Part shown: positions 46,878 through 56,894 of the stretch, in pieces
How the letters are laid out: each line of letters opens with the position of its first letter
Position numbering within the stretch: position 1 is the stretch's first letter
NCBI GenBank assembly: GCA_965203055.1
Contig: OZ241863.1
Coordinates: 4,384,001-4,448,000, forward strand
Reading direction: 5' to 3'
DNA length: 64,000 nt
Origin: Spirochaetia bacterium
GTDB taxonomy: Bacteria; Spirochaetota; Spirochaetia; SZUA-6; Bin103
Notes under the pieces: generated by a model
What the model was told of the DNA's origin: nothing
The model's input: only the letters and a program-made list of their open reading frames with translations
The model's database searches: none
Translations under genes and position numbers: made by a program

Positions 46878-49800
46878 CTACTCAGGTTCGAAGCCGTGGT
46901 CGGTGAAGTTGAGCGTGCGGCTGTTTTCGGTCACCGCGCGCACGGTGGCGTCGGGGGCGCCGGCCGGGAGTTTCGCTTCGATTTCCAGCGTCACGTCGAC
47001 CTGGGCCCCGTCCAGTCCGACGAGGAGGGCGATCACCTCTTCCGCGATCTTGCTGGCGTCGCGGCCGGCGCGCATCGAGTCGAGGGTCACGGCGCCGTGG
47101 AAGCGCGTCAGCGGCGGCGGTGGCGGTGGTGGCGGCGGCGTGGGGTTGGGGGCGTCGGGTGTGGGCTTTCGCACGGGATCGGTGGGAGCCGGTTCGGGCG
47201 GCGCTTCCGCGTCCAGTTGCTTGCGGGCGACCTCCGGTTTGACGAGCAGCCCCGGCTCATCGGCGTCGGGAATCTCGATCCGTTCCCCGGCGCGCAGCCC
47301 GCGGTAGCGCCCGGCGTCCTCGTCGAAGCTGTCGGCGAACGCGAACGAGTCCTGTTCCCAGGTGATGAGCGCCAGTCCGTCGGAGATGCAGCGCAGCAGC
47401 ACCTGCGGCTCCAGCAGTCGGGCCAGGTATGGATAGCGGACGTAGTCTTCGACGAGCTGGGCGACTGACACGTGATCGCCGCGCCACAGCGGCACGCGCT
47501 CCAGCTCCACGCGCAGGAGCGTGGGGCCGTAGCCGGCCAGGAGCCCGTCCTGGGCCTTGAGCCGGCCGGAGGCGCGCACCGCCAGCGGCTCTTCTCCCGT
47601 AAGGTTGAACGCGTTCCAGGTCAGCGCCGTCTGCGCGTTGGCCTGCGCCGGCAGCAGCAGCCAGCGGTAGGTCTCCGGGATGCGCGCCTGCACCGCGTCC
47701 GCCGCGGCGCCGCGTTGCGTTTCTGCCTGCCGCACCTGCTGCGGCGTCAGATTGAGGTCCTCCCGGTCGGCGATGATCGACTTCCAGGCCAGGAAGTCGC
47801 GCGCGCCCTCTTCCAGGTCCTGCAGGAGGTTTGCGTCGGCGGCAAGGAACACCAGGGTGTTGCGGTAGAGGCGCGGCGCGTTGCCGCGGAAATCCAGGAT
47901 CGCCTGCGCCTGCCGTTCGGCCGGGCTGCCGCCGCCCCGGCGGTAGGGATGGTCGGCGCCCAGAACGACCAGCCGCGCGTCCCGGTCGTCGGGTACGTCC
48001 TGCCCCGACTCCGGCAACGGGTGCACGCGGCTGAAGTCGCCGGGCTGGCGCAGCGCCGCGCGTACCCGCGCCGCGATCTCCATGTCCACCGGGTCGCGGT
48101 TGCGCCGCAACTGCGCGGCGCGGTCTTCCGCCAGCCGGGTGACCGTGGGCTGGGTGTCGTACCAGTAGCGCCCGTTGTCCTCGTAGAGATAGGTGGCGGC
48201 GGTCGCCAGCCGGCGCAGCGCGTCGCCGAACACCGTCGACGGCGCGCCCGGCAGCATGCAGCCCAGCTTTACCCGGCGGTCGTCTATCCCGCGATGCGCG
48301 GCGCCGGCGGTGGGAGCGGAACCGAGGAAGAGCGCCCGCGCCACCCGGCGGGCGGCCGCATGCCGGCCTAGACTGGGGTGCTCGGCGTCGGTTCGCAGCG
48401 GCAGCGAGTCGGCGCCGTCGACGTCGGTCTCGATGATCGGCGCCCAATTGTCGTCCAGGTAGCGCGTCAGCTCGGCCTGCACGCGCCCGTCGTCGAGCGC
48501 CAGGTCGCCCGGCAGAATCAGGGGGCTGCCGGCGCCCTGTTCCCACTGCTGGTGAATCACCGCCGCCATCAGCCGCAGCACGCCGCGCGTGCGCTGGAAC
48601 TTGGCCAGCGCCGACCAGTCGCTGTACAGCCGGGCGAAGATTTCCGGATGGATCGGGTAGGCCGCCTTGAGGCGCTGTTCGTAGGCGGCTTCTCGGCACT
48701 CGCCGGGAAACTCCTGCTGCTGCGCGCGGTACAGCTCGGAGAAGCCGCGCGCCACCACGTCGCGCGCCGTGAACTGAGCCGCCTGGAACGGCTGGAACAG
48801 GCGCCGCCGCACGATCTCGAAGCTCTCCTCGGCGGTGGCCGGCCGCCAAGCGGTGTCGAGGCGCCCGATCGCGTTGCTCAGCCGGCCGAGAGCCTCGCGG
48901 CCGCGCTGGCCGCCTACTTCCGCGTCATCCGCCGGCTCATGCGGCGCGCCGCCGGGTTCCGAGGCCGGCAGACTGATCACCAGCAGGCAGTTGGGGACCG
49001 CCCGGGCCGATTCGGTGAGGGTCTGAGCAAACGTGAACTGGGTCTCGAAGCTGCCGGCCGGGAGCTCGCCCTGATCGTGAAGCTGGCGCGCGTACGCCAC
49101 CCACTCGTCGATCAGGATCAGGCAGGGGCCGTACTCGACGAACAGCTCGCGCAGGCGGTCGCCGGGACTGGTGGCATGCCGGTCGTCGGCGGCGACGCGC
49201 GCGAACGCCTCGGCGCCGCCGAGCTGCCACGCCAGTTCGCCCCAGAAGGTGCGGACCGCGGTGCCGTCGTCCTTGATGGACGGGTTGCCCGGCGAGATGC
49301 GGTTGCCGACCAGTACCACGCGGCGCACCTCCGGCAGCGCGGTAACGCCGGCGGCCTGCCGTACGTCGTCCACGCCGGCCAGTTCGGAGGGGAGCGCGCC
49401 GGAGAACAGGTGGTAGAGGGCCAGCATCGAGTGGGTCTTGCCGCCCCCGAAGTTGGTCTGCAGTTGCACCACCGGGTTGCCGCCCGCGCCGGCCAGCCGC
49501 TGCACGGCGCCGGTCAGCAGCCAGCGCAGACTGTCGGTGAGGTAGGTACGGCGAAAGAACTCCACCGGTTCGCCGTATTCGGCGGTCCCCTCGCCGCGGT
49601 AGACCTGCCACAGATCGGCGGCGAACTCGGCCTGCTGGTAGCGCCCGCTGGCGACATCCTGATGCGGGACTACCACCTCGCGCCACGGCTTCAGCCCGGC
49701 GACCGCGCCGCCGGCGCCCGAGCTGCGGGCGGCGCGGCGCCGCTCGGAGCGCACCTGCTCCTGAAAGCGCAACCGCAGCAGCTCCTGCTTGAGGGCGTCG

Positions 49801-50177
49801 AGATCCCGGACCTGCGGCGCCGAAATGGAGGTGAGCAGCCGTTGCGCCGAGTCGAGGGCGCGGTAGGCGTCGTCGGTGGAAAACGGCTCCTGGTGCGCCC
49901 ACTTGTTGCGGTGGTCGCGCAGCTCGCTGACCAGGCTGCGGTCGGAGCGTCCGAGAATGGCGCGGAACACTTCGTTCCAGGTGTCCCACATCAGCCGCAG
50001 CATCAGCGCCGCGTCCCATTCGGAGGAGGGCCGCCGCAACGCCGGATCGTCGGCCAACTGCTGGCGGCGGTAGAGGTCGAGCTCGCGCACCGCCCGCTTG
50101 AGCTCGCGCTCGACGAACGGCCCGAGTCCCGTGCGCAACAGCTCCAGCCCCTTGCCGACTCGTTCGTGATTGGTCAT
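46878..50177 (-). CDS. DUF499 AAA+ ATPase with N-terminal Swt1-like HEPN domain
   Basis: N-terminal LRDHRNKWAHQ (RxxxxH), KPWREVVVPH, EFAADL, LQTNFGGGKTHS, LILIDEW, YPIHPE, FQRTRGVLR. Confidence 0.9.
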   Translation of the reverse strand: MTNHERVGKGLELLRTGLGPFVERELKRAVRELDLYRRQQLADDPALRRPSSEWDAALMLRLMWDTWNEVFRAILGRSDRSLVSELRDHRNKWAHQEPFSTDDAYRALDSAQRLLTSISAPQVRDLDALKQELLRLRFQEQVRSERRRAARSSGAGGAVAGLKPWREVVVPHQDVASGRYQQAEFAADLWQVYRGEGTAEYGEPVEFFRRTYLTDSLRWLLTGAVQRLAGAGGNPVVQLQTNFGGGKTHSMLALYHLFSGALPSELAGVDDVRQAAGVTALPEVRRVVLVGNRISPGNPSIKDDGTAVRTFWGELAWQLGGAEAFARVAADDRHATSPGDRLRELFVEYGPCLILIDEWVAYARQLHDQGELPAGSFETQFTFAQTLTESARAVPNCLLVISLPASEPGGAPHEPADDAEVGGQRGREALGRLSNAIGRLDTAWRPATAEESFEIVRRRLFQPFQAAQFTARDVVARGFSELYRAQQQEFPGECREAAYEQRLKAAYPIHPEIFARLYSDWSALAKFQRTRGVLRLMAAVIHQQWEQGAGSPLILPGDLALDDGRVQAELTRYLDDNWAPIIETDVDGADSLPLRTDAEHPSLGRHAAARRVARALFLGSAPTAGAAHRGIDDRRVKLGCMLPGAPSTVFGDALRRLATAATYLYEDNGRYWYDTQPTVTRLAEDRAAQLRRNRDPVDMEIAARVRAALRQPGDFSRVHPLPESGQDVPDDRDARLVVLGADHPYRRGGGSPAERQAQAILDFRGNAPRLYRNTLVFLAADANLLQDLEEGARDFLAWKSIIADREDLNLTPQQVRQAETQRGAAADAVQARIPETYRWLLLPAQANAQTALTWNAFNLTGEEPLAVRASGRLKAQDGLLAGYGPTLLRVELERVPLWRGDHVSVAQLVEDYVRYPYLARLLEPQVLLRCISDGLALITWEQDSFAFADSFDEDAGRYRGLRAGERIEIPDADEPGLLVKPEVARKQLDAEAPPEPAPTDPVRKPTPDAPNPTPPPPPPPPPLTRFHGAVTLDSMRAGRDASKIAEEVIALLVGLDGAQVDVTLEIEAKLPAGAPDATVRAVTENSRTLNFTDHGFEPE

Positions 50178-50550
50178 TGCGCTACCTCGTCCATGAAGCT
50201 CGACGCTTGCGCGCCGCGCAGGGTCGCCGGGCGCTCACTCCTGCCATGAGCAGGTAGAGTATAGCCTGAACCGCGCGGCGAAGGCGATTACGAGTCGAGG
50301 CACCCCGGCGCCCGTCCAGGCGCTCCTTGGTGTCAGGCGGGTTCGGTGCGGCTCATGGCGTGTCGATGTGATATGGTTTGCTGGCACTAGGAGTATGTTC
50401 GTATCGGGTGGATCCAGGCGCTTCCCTCCTCTGGGAGAAGATCAGCTCTCTGCTGCAGTCGCGGTGTTCTCATCCTTCAGTTACGTAGTTACGTCGCTGG
50501 GATGGGACTCTGCAGCCGGTCGTGCAATGCGCGTACTTCAGGAGCACTGA

Positions 50551-51966
50551 ATGAGTAGCGTCGAAGCCGTATTCGGATCCGAGCTGACGCACCTGAGTGA
50601 GGAAGAGGCAGCTCGCAGGTCCCGCCTCCGGTTCGTAAGAAGCAAGATCCAGCTCGGGGTGTTCGATGCATCTCGTAATCCCACCGGCCATGTGCTGACG
50701 GCCTGGGAGGCATGCCAAGCATATGGACTGAAGATTCTCGAAGAGGCCGTGGAGTATGGAAGCGCGATTCTGAATCATCCCGACGGTATGGAGCCGGTTC
50801 TGCGCCACCGCTTGGAGGAGCTTGGCCTCCAGCCTTCCGCGGTGGCTCGGGAGACCGGTCTTGAAGCCCAGGTCGTGGATCGGGCCGAGCGCCGGCGCGA
50901 TGACAACAGGATAGGGGATCTGGAGCGAATTGGATTCATCCTGGGACTTGACGAGCTGCAACTCGGATACCGGCCGACCGGCCCGGTGGATGCCGAACTA
51001 TCCGTCCGCCTCAAGACGTTGCGGCCACCGCAACCGAACGGCGCGCGCCGGCTGAGCCCGCGTGCGGTGCTCATATTCGCCCATGCCGCATCCGTGATTC
51101 GGGCCCAACACCGGTTGCAGCGCTGGCTCGGGCTCAAAGGCCGCCGGTTCAAAACGTCGAACCATTACGGGGCGCCCGGTTCGTCTCCGGCATACAAGGT
51201 CGGTTACGACTTGGCCGAGCATGCGCGACGCACTCTGAGTCTCGGCGACGAACCCGTAGATTCGATGAGACACTTGGTCGAAACCAAACTTGGAATCCCA
51301 GTGATCCAGACGGAGTTACCGGACGACATCGCTGGCGCGACGATCGCGGTAGACGATCCCGAACGCGGTGAGGTTCGGGGGATCGTGCTCAACACGATAG
51401 GGGCGAACGAGAACGTATGGGTAAGGCGCGCTACGCTGGCCCATGAATTGGGGCATCTTCTGTTCGATCCCATCCAACGTTTGGAACGAGTACGTGTAGA
51501 TACGTATCAATCGAACGAAGTCGATCCGCAGGTTGCTGCAACCGACTACGTCGAACAGCGCGCCAATGCGTTCGCGATTTCCTTTCTGGCGCCTATGGAG
51601 GCCGTGCGCGAAATGGCTCCCGCACCCGTCGAGGCGGACTCGGTGCGGAACGTCATGTCCACGTTTGGCATCAGCCATACTGCCGCCCGTTTTCACATAC
51701 GGAACTCTCATTATGGGCAGTACGACGTGCCGGAAGTCATGTATCCAGCGGCCCCTTCAGATGAACAGAAGGCGGCGGAAAACTTCGCTCTCGATTACTT
51801 CCCCATCCAAAGCACGCCGCCGTTGCGCCGCGGCAAATTCGTCGAGGCTGTGACGTCGTGCCTTGTCAAGGGATACATTTCCGAAGATACGGCAGCGAAG
51901 TACATGAATTGCAGCAGGACGGAATTACAAGATAACCTGCCGGCAATCATCGGATTATACGGCTGA
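50551..51966 (+). CDS. HTH plus ImmA/IrrE-family zinc metallopeptidase
   Basis: XRE-like HTH (VARETGLEAQVVDRAE), RRATLAHELGHLL (HExxH), EQRANAFAISFLAP; lower GC, opposite strand to flanking operon. Confidence 0.85.
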   Translation: MSSVEAVFGSELTHLSEEEAARRSRLRFVRSKIQLGVFDASRNPTGHVLTAWEACQAYGLKILEEAVEYGSAILNHPDGMEPVLRHRLEELGLQPSAVARETGLEAQVVDRAERRRDDNRIGDLERIGFILGLDELQLGYRPTGPVDAELSVRLKTLRPPQPNGARRLSPRAVLIFAHAASVIRAQHRLQRWLGLKGRRFKTSNHYGAPGSSPAYKVGYDLAEHARRTLSLGDEPVDSMRHLVETKLGIPVIQTELPDDIAGATIAVDDPERGEVRGIVLNTIGANENVWVRRATLAHELGHLLFDPIQRLERVRVDTYQSNEVDPQVAATDYVEQRANAFAISFLAPMEAVREMAPAPVEADSVRNVMSTFGISHTAARFHIRNSHYGQYDVPEVMYPAAPSDEQKAAENFALDYFPIQSTPPLRRGKFVEAVTSCLVKGYISEDTAAKYMNCSRTELQDNLPAIIGLYG

Positions 51967-52001
51967 TCAATCGAGGGTTTTATCGAACTGGACTCCGATG
52001 G

Positions 52002-52166
52002 TCAATCGCTATCTATTCTGGAACATGACGATGCTTTCTCGAGACGCCACTCGTCCATATTTGCCCATCTGCTGCGCGCTGTTGCCGCTCCTTTGAGGGG
52101 AGGTCCGGCGGCGGATGGCTCGAACGGGTTGAATTCGAGCCCGAACTTATGAAGCATGTTGGGCAT
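52002..52166 (-). pseudogene. Probable 5' remnant of a P-loop ATPase gene
   Basis: Strong SD AGGAGGGAG, then [23 protein letters not shown] (FGL..NPF start seen in many P-loop ATPases); ends after about 54 codons with no Walker A. Confidence 0.4.
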
Positions 52167-53331
52167 GGTGGAGCTCCCTCCTGTGGGGCGCACTCACGTC
52201 TTTGTGCACCCGTATGTGAGAGATGTATGGGCCGTTTTCATGTCGATAATAGCTTCGCAGCGCGAAATCTTCACGGTATAGTGAAGTCGCGTCGAGGCTG
52301 GCCAGGGTAGGGGAGGTAGGAATTAGCGCCGTGTGGTACGGCCATTCTCGCAAGAGCCAGTCGATCGCGGCGAACAGGGAGAGTCGCGGTTTGCGCTGCC
52401 CTTCACAGTAGCGCTTGATCAGGTCATGGATGGAGAACATGGTCCATTCGGCGGACGTTCTAAGCGAGAGTAACGCTTGGACCGTTTCCGCGACGGATGC
52501 GGCGGCAGGAGCGGATTGAGACAGGGGGAACATGGTAGTGCTTGCCCCGCTCAGAGAGCAGTATTCGTCGATGAGATGCAATTGGTCGCGAGCCCAATAG
52601 CGCAGCCCGTACATGATCGCAGTCTTGCTAACGCGTGACGAGTACTGCGTGGTTCGGCCGGTCGTCTTGTTGCGAATTACCACGGCGGTCGTTCCGTCGG
52701 ATGACCGGTGGTGCCACCACGTGACGGAGAGACTGTCGTGGCGAAAATCAGCCGCTGAAATCGGTACAGCATGCGACGGCATAAAATAGTCAAAAAATGA
52801 CGATCGGCAATCCTCGTTGCGCAGGACCAACCCGGCAAATCGGTCGCACGCGTCTGGGTGCAACGACTGGTCGCCATTGGGCGGATGGGGCAAGCGTAAC
52901 AGTTCGCGTACCTCGGGATCGTCGATATTCGCGCGCAGCGTTCGTCCTGCTCGTATGAGTATGCGCAGACGCAGCAGGGTATTCCGATAGTGGTAAAGGG
53001 TCGTGGGGGCTGGCCGGGGATTGCGCGGTGTGAGTGTAAGTCCCTTGGTCAGAACGAGATCGTTGATTTCCTTTACGGTGAGGCCGTGCGGATTGTCGGC
53101 TACCGCGCTCAGGATGCGGTGGAGCCCGGCGAAGGAGACGGAGCGCATCCAATAGGCGCCTTGCGGCGGTGTATCAGGCGGTGGCGCCCCGTCGATTCGG
53201 ATAGTGTCCGTTGGCGTCTGCACCGTGCCCACGCAGGGCCGAGGATACGACGTGAGGGCCGTCGTAGTCCAAGGGTTACGGAGGGGACCCCGTCCGCCGC
53301 GGCGCTCGCGTTGCGCGTGGCGGTTCATCAA
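52147..53331 (-). CDS. Hypothetical protein, probably winged-helix-containing
   Basis: 394-aa ORF overlapping the DUF1156 stop; GLTVKEIN...[16 protein letters not shown] wHTH-like pattern; lower GC; start uncertain. Confidence 0.6.
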   Translation of the reverse strand: MMNRHAQRERRGGRGPLRNPWTTTALTSYPRPCVGTVQTPTDTIRIDGAPPPDTPPQGAYWMRSVSFAGLHRILSAVADNPHGLTVKEINDLVLTKGLTLTPRNPRPAPTTLYHYRNTLLRLRILIRAGRTLRANIDDPEVRELLRLPHPPNGDQSLHPDACDRFAGLVLRNEDCRSSFFDYFMPSHAVPISAADFRHDSLSVTWWHHRSSDGTTAVVIRNKTTGRTTQYSSRVSKTAIMYGLRYWARDQLHLIDEYCSLSGASTTMFPLSQSAPAAASVAETVQALLSLRTSAEWTMFSIHDLIKRYCEGQRKPRLSLFAAIDWLLREWPYHTALIPTSPTLASLDATSLYREDFALRSYYRHENGPYISHIRVHKDVSAPHRRELHHAQHAS

Positions 53332-56231
53332 TTACCAGGGTCTCCGGGGTCGGCGTTCAGTGACAGCTCGGTCTGGCGCAGCCGCGCCTCCGTCACGGCG
53401 AGCCTGCTGATTTCCGGCCAGCTCTTTACCAGCCCGTTGTAGTCCAGCGCCTCGGCGGCGCGCTTCCTGCGTTCGCTCACCGTGTACAGCCGGTAGCACA
53501 GCTCGCGGGCGAGGCCGGCGACGCCGCGGAGTCGGCGCAGCAGTGCGGCCGCGGCCATCTCCCCGCCCTGCCCCACGACGCGGATCAGATGGTGCACCGC
53601 CTCCCAGGCCGTGAGGCGGTCGTCTGTCGCCGGGTCCCAGTCCGCGGGCAACTCCTGCGGGCGCAGCAGGCGCACGCTCCCGGCCTGCGAATGGATGATG
53701 CCGGCCTGCACCATGCCGCTGACGCTGGTGTTCTTGGCGGTGGCCAGGGTCTCCGCGCTGCCGTACTCCCCGGCCTCGAAGCCATGCTGGTCGAACCACG
53801 CCAGCGCCCAGCGGCTATCGGTATCGAAGTCGCCCTCCTGCGCGGCCAGGATCTCGTCGAGCGTCTGATTGATGAGGGCGAGGGCCTCGCCCACGGTGAC
53901 GCGGTTGCCGTCGCCGTGCAACACCCTGGCGTAGCGGGTGAAGATCGCCATGCCGGGGCCGATGGCGGCCTGCGCGAGGTCAACGGGGGCGACGTTGCCG
54001 CGTTGCAGGTGTACGAGGGCCGGCGGCAGTTCCTCCTTCAGAGCGTCAATGAGCTCCCGGCGCGAGCCGAGCGGCGCATCGTCCGGCCGCCGCCGGCAGA
54101 CCAGGACGATGCTGGAGGCGAGCGCATTGGAAGCCATGCCTCTCATCCGGCGGCTGAGCTCCGTTCGCATCGGCCAAGTACCGCTGATTCCGAAGCCGGA
54201 GCTGATCACGGCTTCCAGAAACGTCTCCCAGCCGGTGCTGGAGACGCCGCGGTCGTCGCGGCTCTCCGCCTGCTTGAACGCGTAATAGATCGTCGTCGGA
54301 AACGCGGGATGCGTCTCCTGAGCCAAACGCTTCATCGCCTGTGTCATGCTGTTCATGAAGAACGCCTCGGCTTGCGCCGCGGTGCCGTGGCGAATAGGAG
54401 TCGCGACTATCTCCTCCACCTTCGGCACGGCGATCGTGGTGAAAATATCCGGTATAACCGAACGCAGCGAACGTCGCAGCCAGACATAGAAGAAGTCAGA
54501 AAGGTCTGCATAACCGATATTGTCGTAGTACGGTGGATCGGTGGAAATGATTTTCGCCGATAAAGAATCGCGAGCGCGAGCATCCTGTTGGTCGCTACGA
54601 CCGAGCAAACGCGACGACAGAGAGGCAATACTGGAACCGATCGAGGATATACCGCCTTCGAAGTTACCGCTCGATTCTGACAGGGGGTTACTCTCAGCGA
54701 AATCCCAGACCATGGGGATAGCCTGTCTACCGAACGTGTTGCGCGCATGTTCCCGCAGACTCGCCCATGCGCACACGGTGGAGTTTCGATCCGCAACCTT
54801 ATCCACGGCGAACGCCAGATACACCGACACAGCGTCGGCGTAGGCGATAGCTCCGTCATCCGCGGCATGAAGGGGCCGGCCGTCGTCGAGAAGGCCGGCG
54901 GCGACGGCGTGTTGCCGTATGCGGTCGCGCGTCGCTGCTACCAAGTCGGAGAAGGTATTGAGCGCGACGAGCTGCCGGGACGTAAACAGGTCGCCCCAGG
55001 TCTTCATGCCGTAGCCGCCCACGCGAAACCCGAGTGCCTGCTGGAAGAACTCCAAATCCGGCGTCCAGTCTGGACAAGCGTCAAGTGCGACGGCTTCATG
55101 CTCGACAGTCGGCGCGACATATGTCCGACCACGATCGCCCTCCGCAACGATCGCCAGCAGCCGCGCGCCCATGCGGCCGGCCATGCCTTCGGCCTTGATG
55201 TAGTCCGGCGGGATCGGCACGCCCGACACCAGGCAGCGGAAGTTGGCGCCGCGCGCCAGCTTGGTGCCGGCCTTGGCCGCAGCCGCGTCGGGCGGCGCGC
55301 CGACCTTGACCGTGAAGCGGTAGCGGTAACCGTCCGCGCCGATCACCGGTTCGACGTACGCTTCCTTGCCCTGCTTGGTGGACAGCATGAAGGTGGAGAC
55401 CAGCGGCACCTCCACCTGCGCGAACGCCGGGTTGGGGCTCTTGACCGTGCGCGCCCACAGCCACGCGATCACCGTCAGCTCACGCCCGGCGTAGGGCAAC
55501 AGATCGGGGCGTTCCCGCACCATCTCGTCGGTTACCGCGACCTTGGGATAGAGATGGCCGATGCGCCGCTCCGCCTCCTCCCGCATCCAGCGCCCATAGC
55601 AGCGCACGTCCTCCGCCAAGCCGCGCGCGCCGGTCCACGTCGCGCCCAGCAGTTCCCCTTCCGACCGCGCTTCAGGGTGCACCGGGGGGCGCCCGGCGAA
55701 CTTCGGCGGGAGCTCGATCATCGCCTTGTTGATCAGCACGGCCACCGGGTTCAGGTCGCTGGCGTGCGCCTCCAGGCCGAGCCGCTGCGCTTCCAGCGGC
55801 AGCGCGCCGCCGCCGGCGAACGGGTCGTGAAACGGCGGCAGGCGCTCCGGGTCGAGCAGCTCGGCCGCGCGCGGATGATCGGCGTGGTCGGCGCAGGCGC
55901 GCCGCCAGCATGCGCGGATTTCGTCGCGCGCCGCCTGCAGCACCTCCTCGTTGGTGGTGTTCTCCCACTTGACCAGCGCTTCGATCAGATCGAATAGCCG
56001 CTGCCGCTCCCGGTCCTGCTCCTGCTCGGTGGGGAAGAGCTCCGGGTGGCTGGAGGGATCGTCGACCAGTTGCGCGAAGATGACGGCGCGGGCGGCCGCC
56101 AGCGGGCGCCGCGCCCACCACAGATGCAGGGTGCTGGGGTGGCCGTGGCGGATCGACTTCTCGCGCGCCGCGGCGGCGTTGATGGCGTCCAACGGCAGCG
56201 CCACCTCGATCAGCTTCTTGCGGACGGTCAT
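53328..56231 (-). CDS. DUF1156-domain adenine-specific DNA methyltransferase
   Basis: [65 protein letters not shown]. Confidence 0.92.
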   Translation of the reverse strand: MTVRKKLIEVALPLDAINAAAAREKSIRHGHPSTLHLWWARRPLAAARAVIFAQLVDDPSSHPELFPTEQEQDRERQRLFDLIEALVKWENTTNEEVLQAARDEIRACWRRACADHADHPRAAELLDPERLPPFHDPFAGGGALPLEAQRLGLEAHASDLNPVAVLINKAMIELPPKFAGRPPVHPEARSEGELLGATWTGARGLAEDVRCYGRWMREEAERRIGHLYPKVAVTDEMVRERPDLLPYAGRELTVIAWLWARTVKSPNPAFAQVEVPLVSTFMLSTKQGKEAYVEPVIGADGYRYRFTVKVGAPPDAAAAKAGTKLARGANFRCLVSGVPIPPDYIKAEGMAGRMGARLLAIVAEGDRGRTYVAPTVEHEAVALDACPDWTPDLEFFQQALGFRVGGYGMKTWGDLFTSRQLVALNTFSDLVAATRDRIRQHAVAAGLLDDGRPLHAADDGAIAYADAVSVYLAFAVDKVADRNSTVCAWASLREHARNTFGRQAIPMVWDFAESNPLSESSGNFEGGISSIGSSIASLSSRLLGRSDQQDARARDSLSAKIISTDPPYYDNIGYADLSDFFYVWLRRSLRSVIPDIFTTIAVPKVEEIVATPIRHGTAAQAEAFFMNSMTQAMKRLAQETHPAFPTTIYYAFKQAESRDDRGVSSTGWETFLEAVISSGFGISGTWPMRTELSRRMRGMASNALASSIVLVCRRRPDDAPLGSRRELIDALKEELPPALVHLQRGNVAPVDLAQAAIGPGMAIFTRYARVLHGDGNRVTVGEALALINQTLDEILAAQEGDFDTDSRWALAWFDQHGFEAGEYGSAETLATAKNTSVSGMVQAGIIHSQAGSVRLLRPQELPADWDPATDDRLTAWEAVHHLIRVVGQGGEMAAAALLRRLRGVAGLARELCYRLYTVSERRKRAAEALDYNGLVKSWPEISRLAVTEARLRQTELSLNADPGDPGN

Positions 56232-56375
56232 GCTACCGCGGGAACGGCGGCTCCATCCATCGGTGCAACTCGTCGTTCGCCTTCTCCCGATTCGCCTGCG
56301 CCGTCACCCGCCGCCTGAGGCATAGACATCGCTGCCATCGCCTTCCATGATACGCTATCATCTGACAAGGCGGCC

Positions 56376-56656
56376 ATGGCGCTGACATTCGAGTGGGATG
56401 ATGCCAAAGCCCGGGCCAACGTGCGCAAGCACGGTGTACGGTTCGAGGAGGCGGCCACCGCATTTGGCGACGTCCTATCCGTCACCGTTGCCGACCCGGA
56501 TCACTCGCTTGATGAGGATCGGTTCATACTATTGGGTATGACCCAGCAGGATCGGCTGTGGTCGTTGCGCACACCGAACGCGGCGCCACTATTCGGCTGA
56601 TCAACGCTCGACTGGCGACAGCCAAGGAACGGAAGGGATATGAGGAAGGAACCTGA
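56376..56656 (+). pseudogene. brnT: BrnT-family toxin, frameshifted near 56558
   Basis: FEWDDAKARANVRKHGVRFEEA...EDRFILLG in one frame; the expected tail VVVAHTERGATIRLINARLATAKERKGYEEG continues in another frame to TGA 56654-56656. Confidence 0.82.
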
Positions 56657-56855
56657 GCTGGAAGGCGGTGACGAATTGCGGGATGAGTACGACTTTTCGC
56701 AGGGAGTGCGCGGCAAGTACGCCGGCCGGTATTCTGACGGTGCAAACGTCGTCATCCTCGATCCGGACATCGCCAAGGTGTTTCGCACCTCGGAGGCCGT
56801 AAACAACGCGCTGCGAGCGCTGGTGGACGCGGCGAACCGGACGGTTGGCTCGTAG
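56640..56855 (+). CDS. brnA: BrnA-like antitoxin
   Basis: DELRDEYDFSQGVRGKY, VILDPDIAKVF, AVNNALRAL; overlaps the brnT 3' end. Confidence 0.8.
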   Translation: MRKEPELEGGDELRDEYDFSQGVRGKYAGRYSDGANVVILDPDIAKVFRTSEAVNNALRALVDAANRTVGS

Positions 56856-56894
56856 CGGGTACTGCGACCGTTGCGCTCGGCGCACGGACGTACT

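Noticed and set aside
47110..47145. (GGC/GGT)n repeat
   Set aside because: Simply encodes the poly-proline linker of the DUF499 protein
50368..50550. 60-aa ORF upstream of the ImmA/IrrE gene as a partner toxin
   Set aside because: No recognisable motif or SD; cannot be supported from sequence alone
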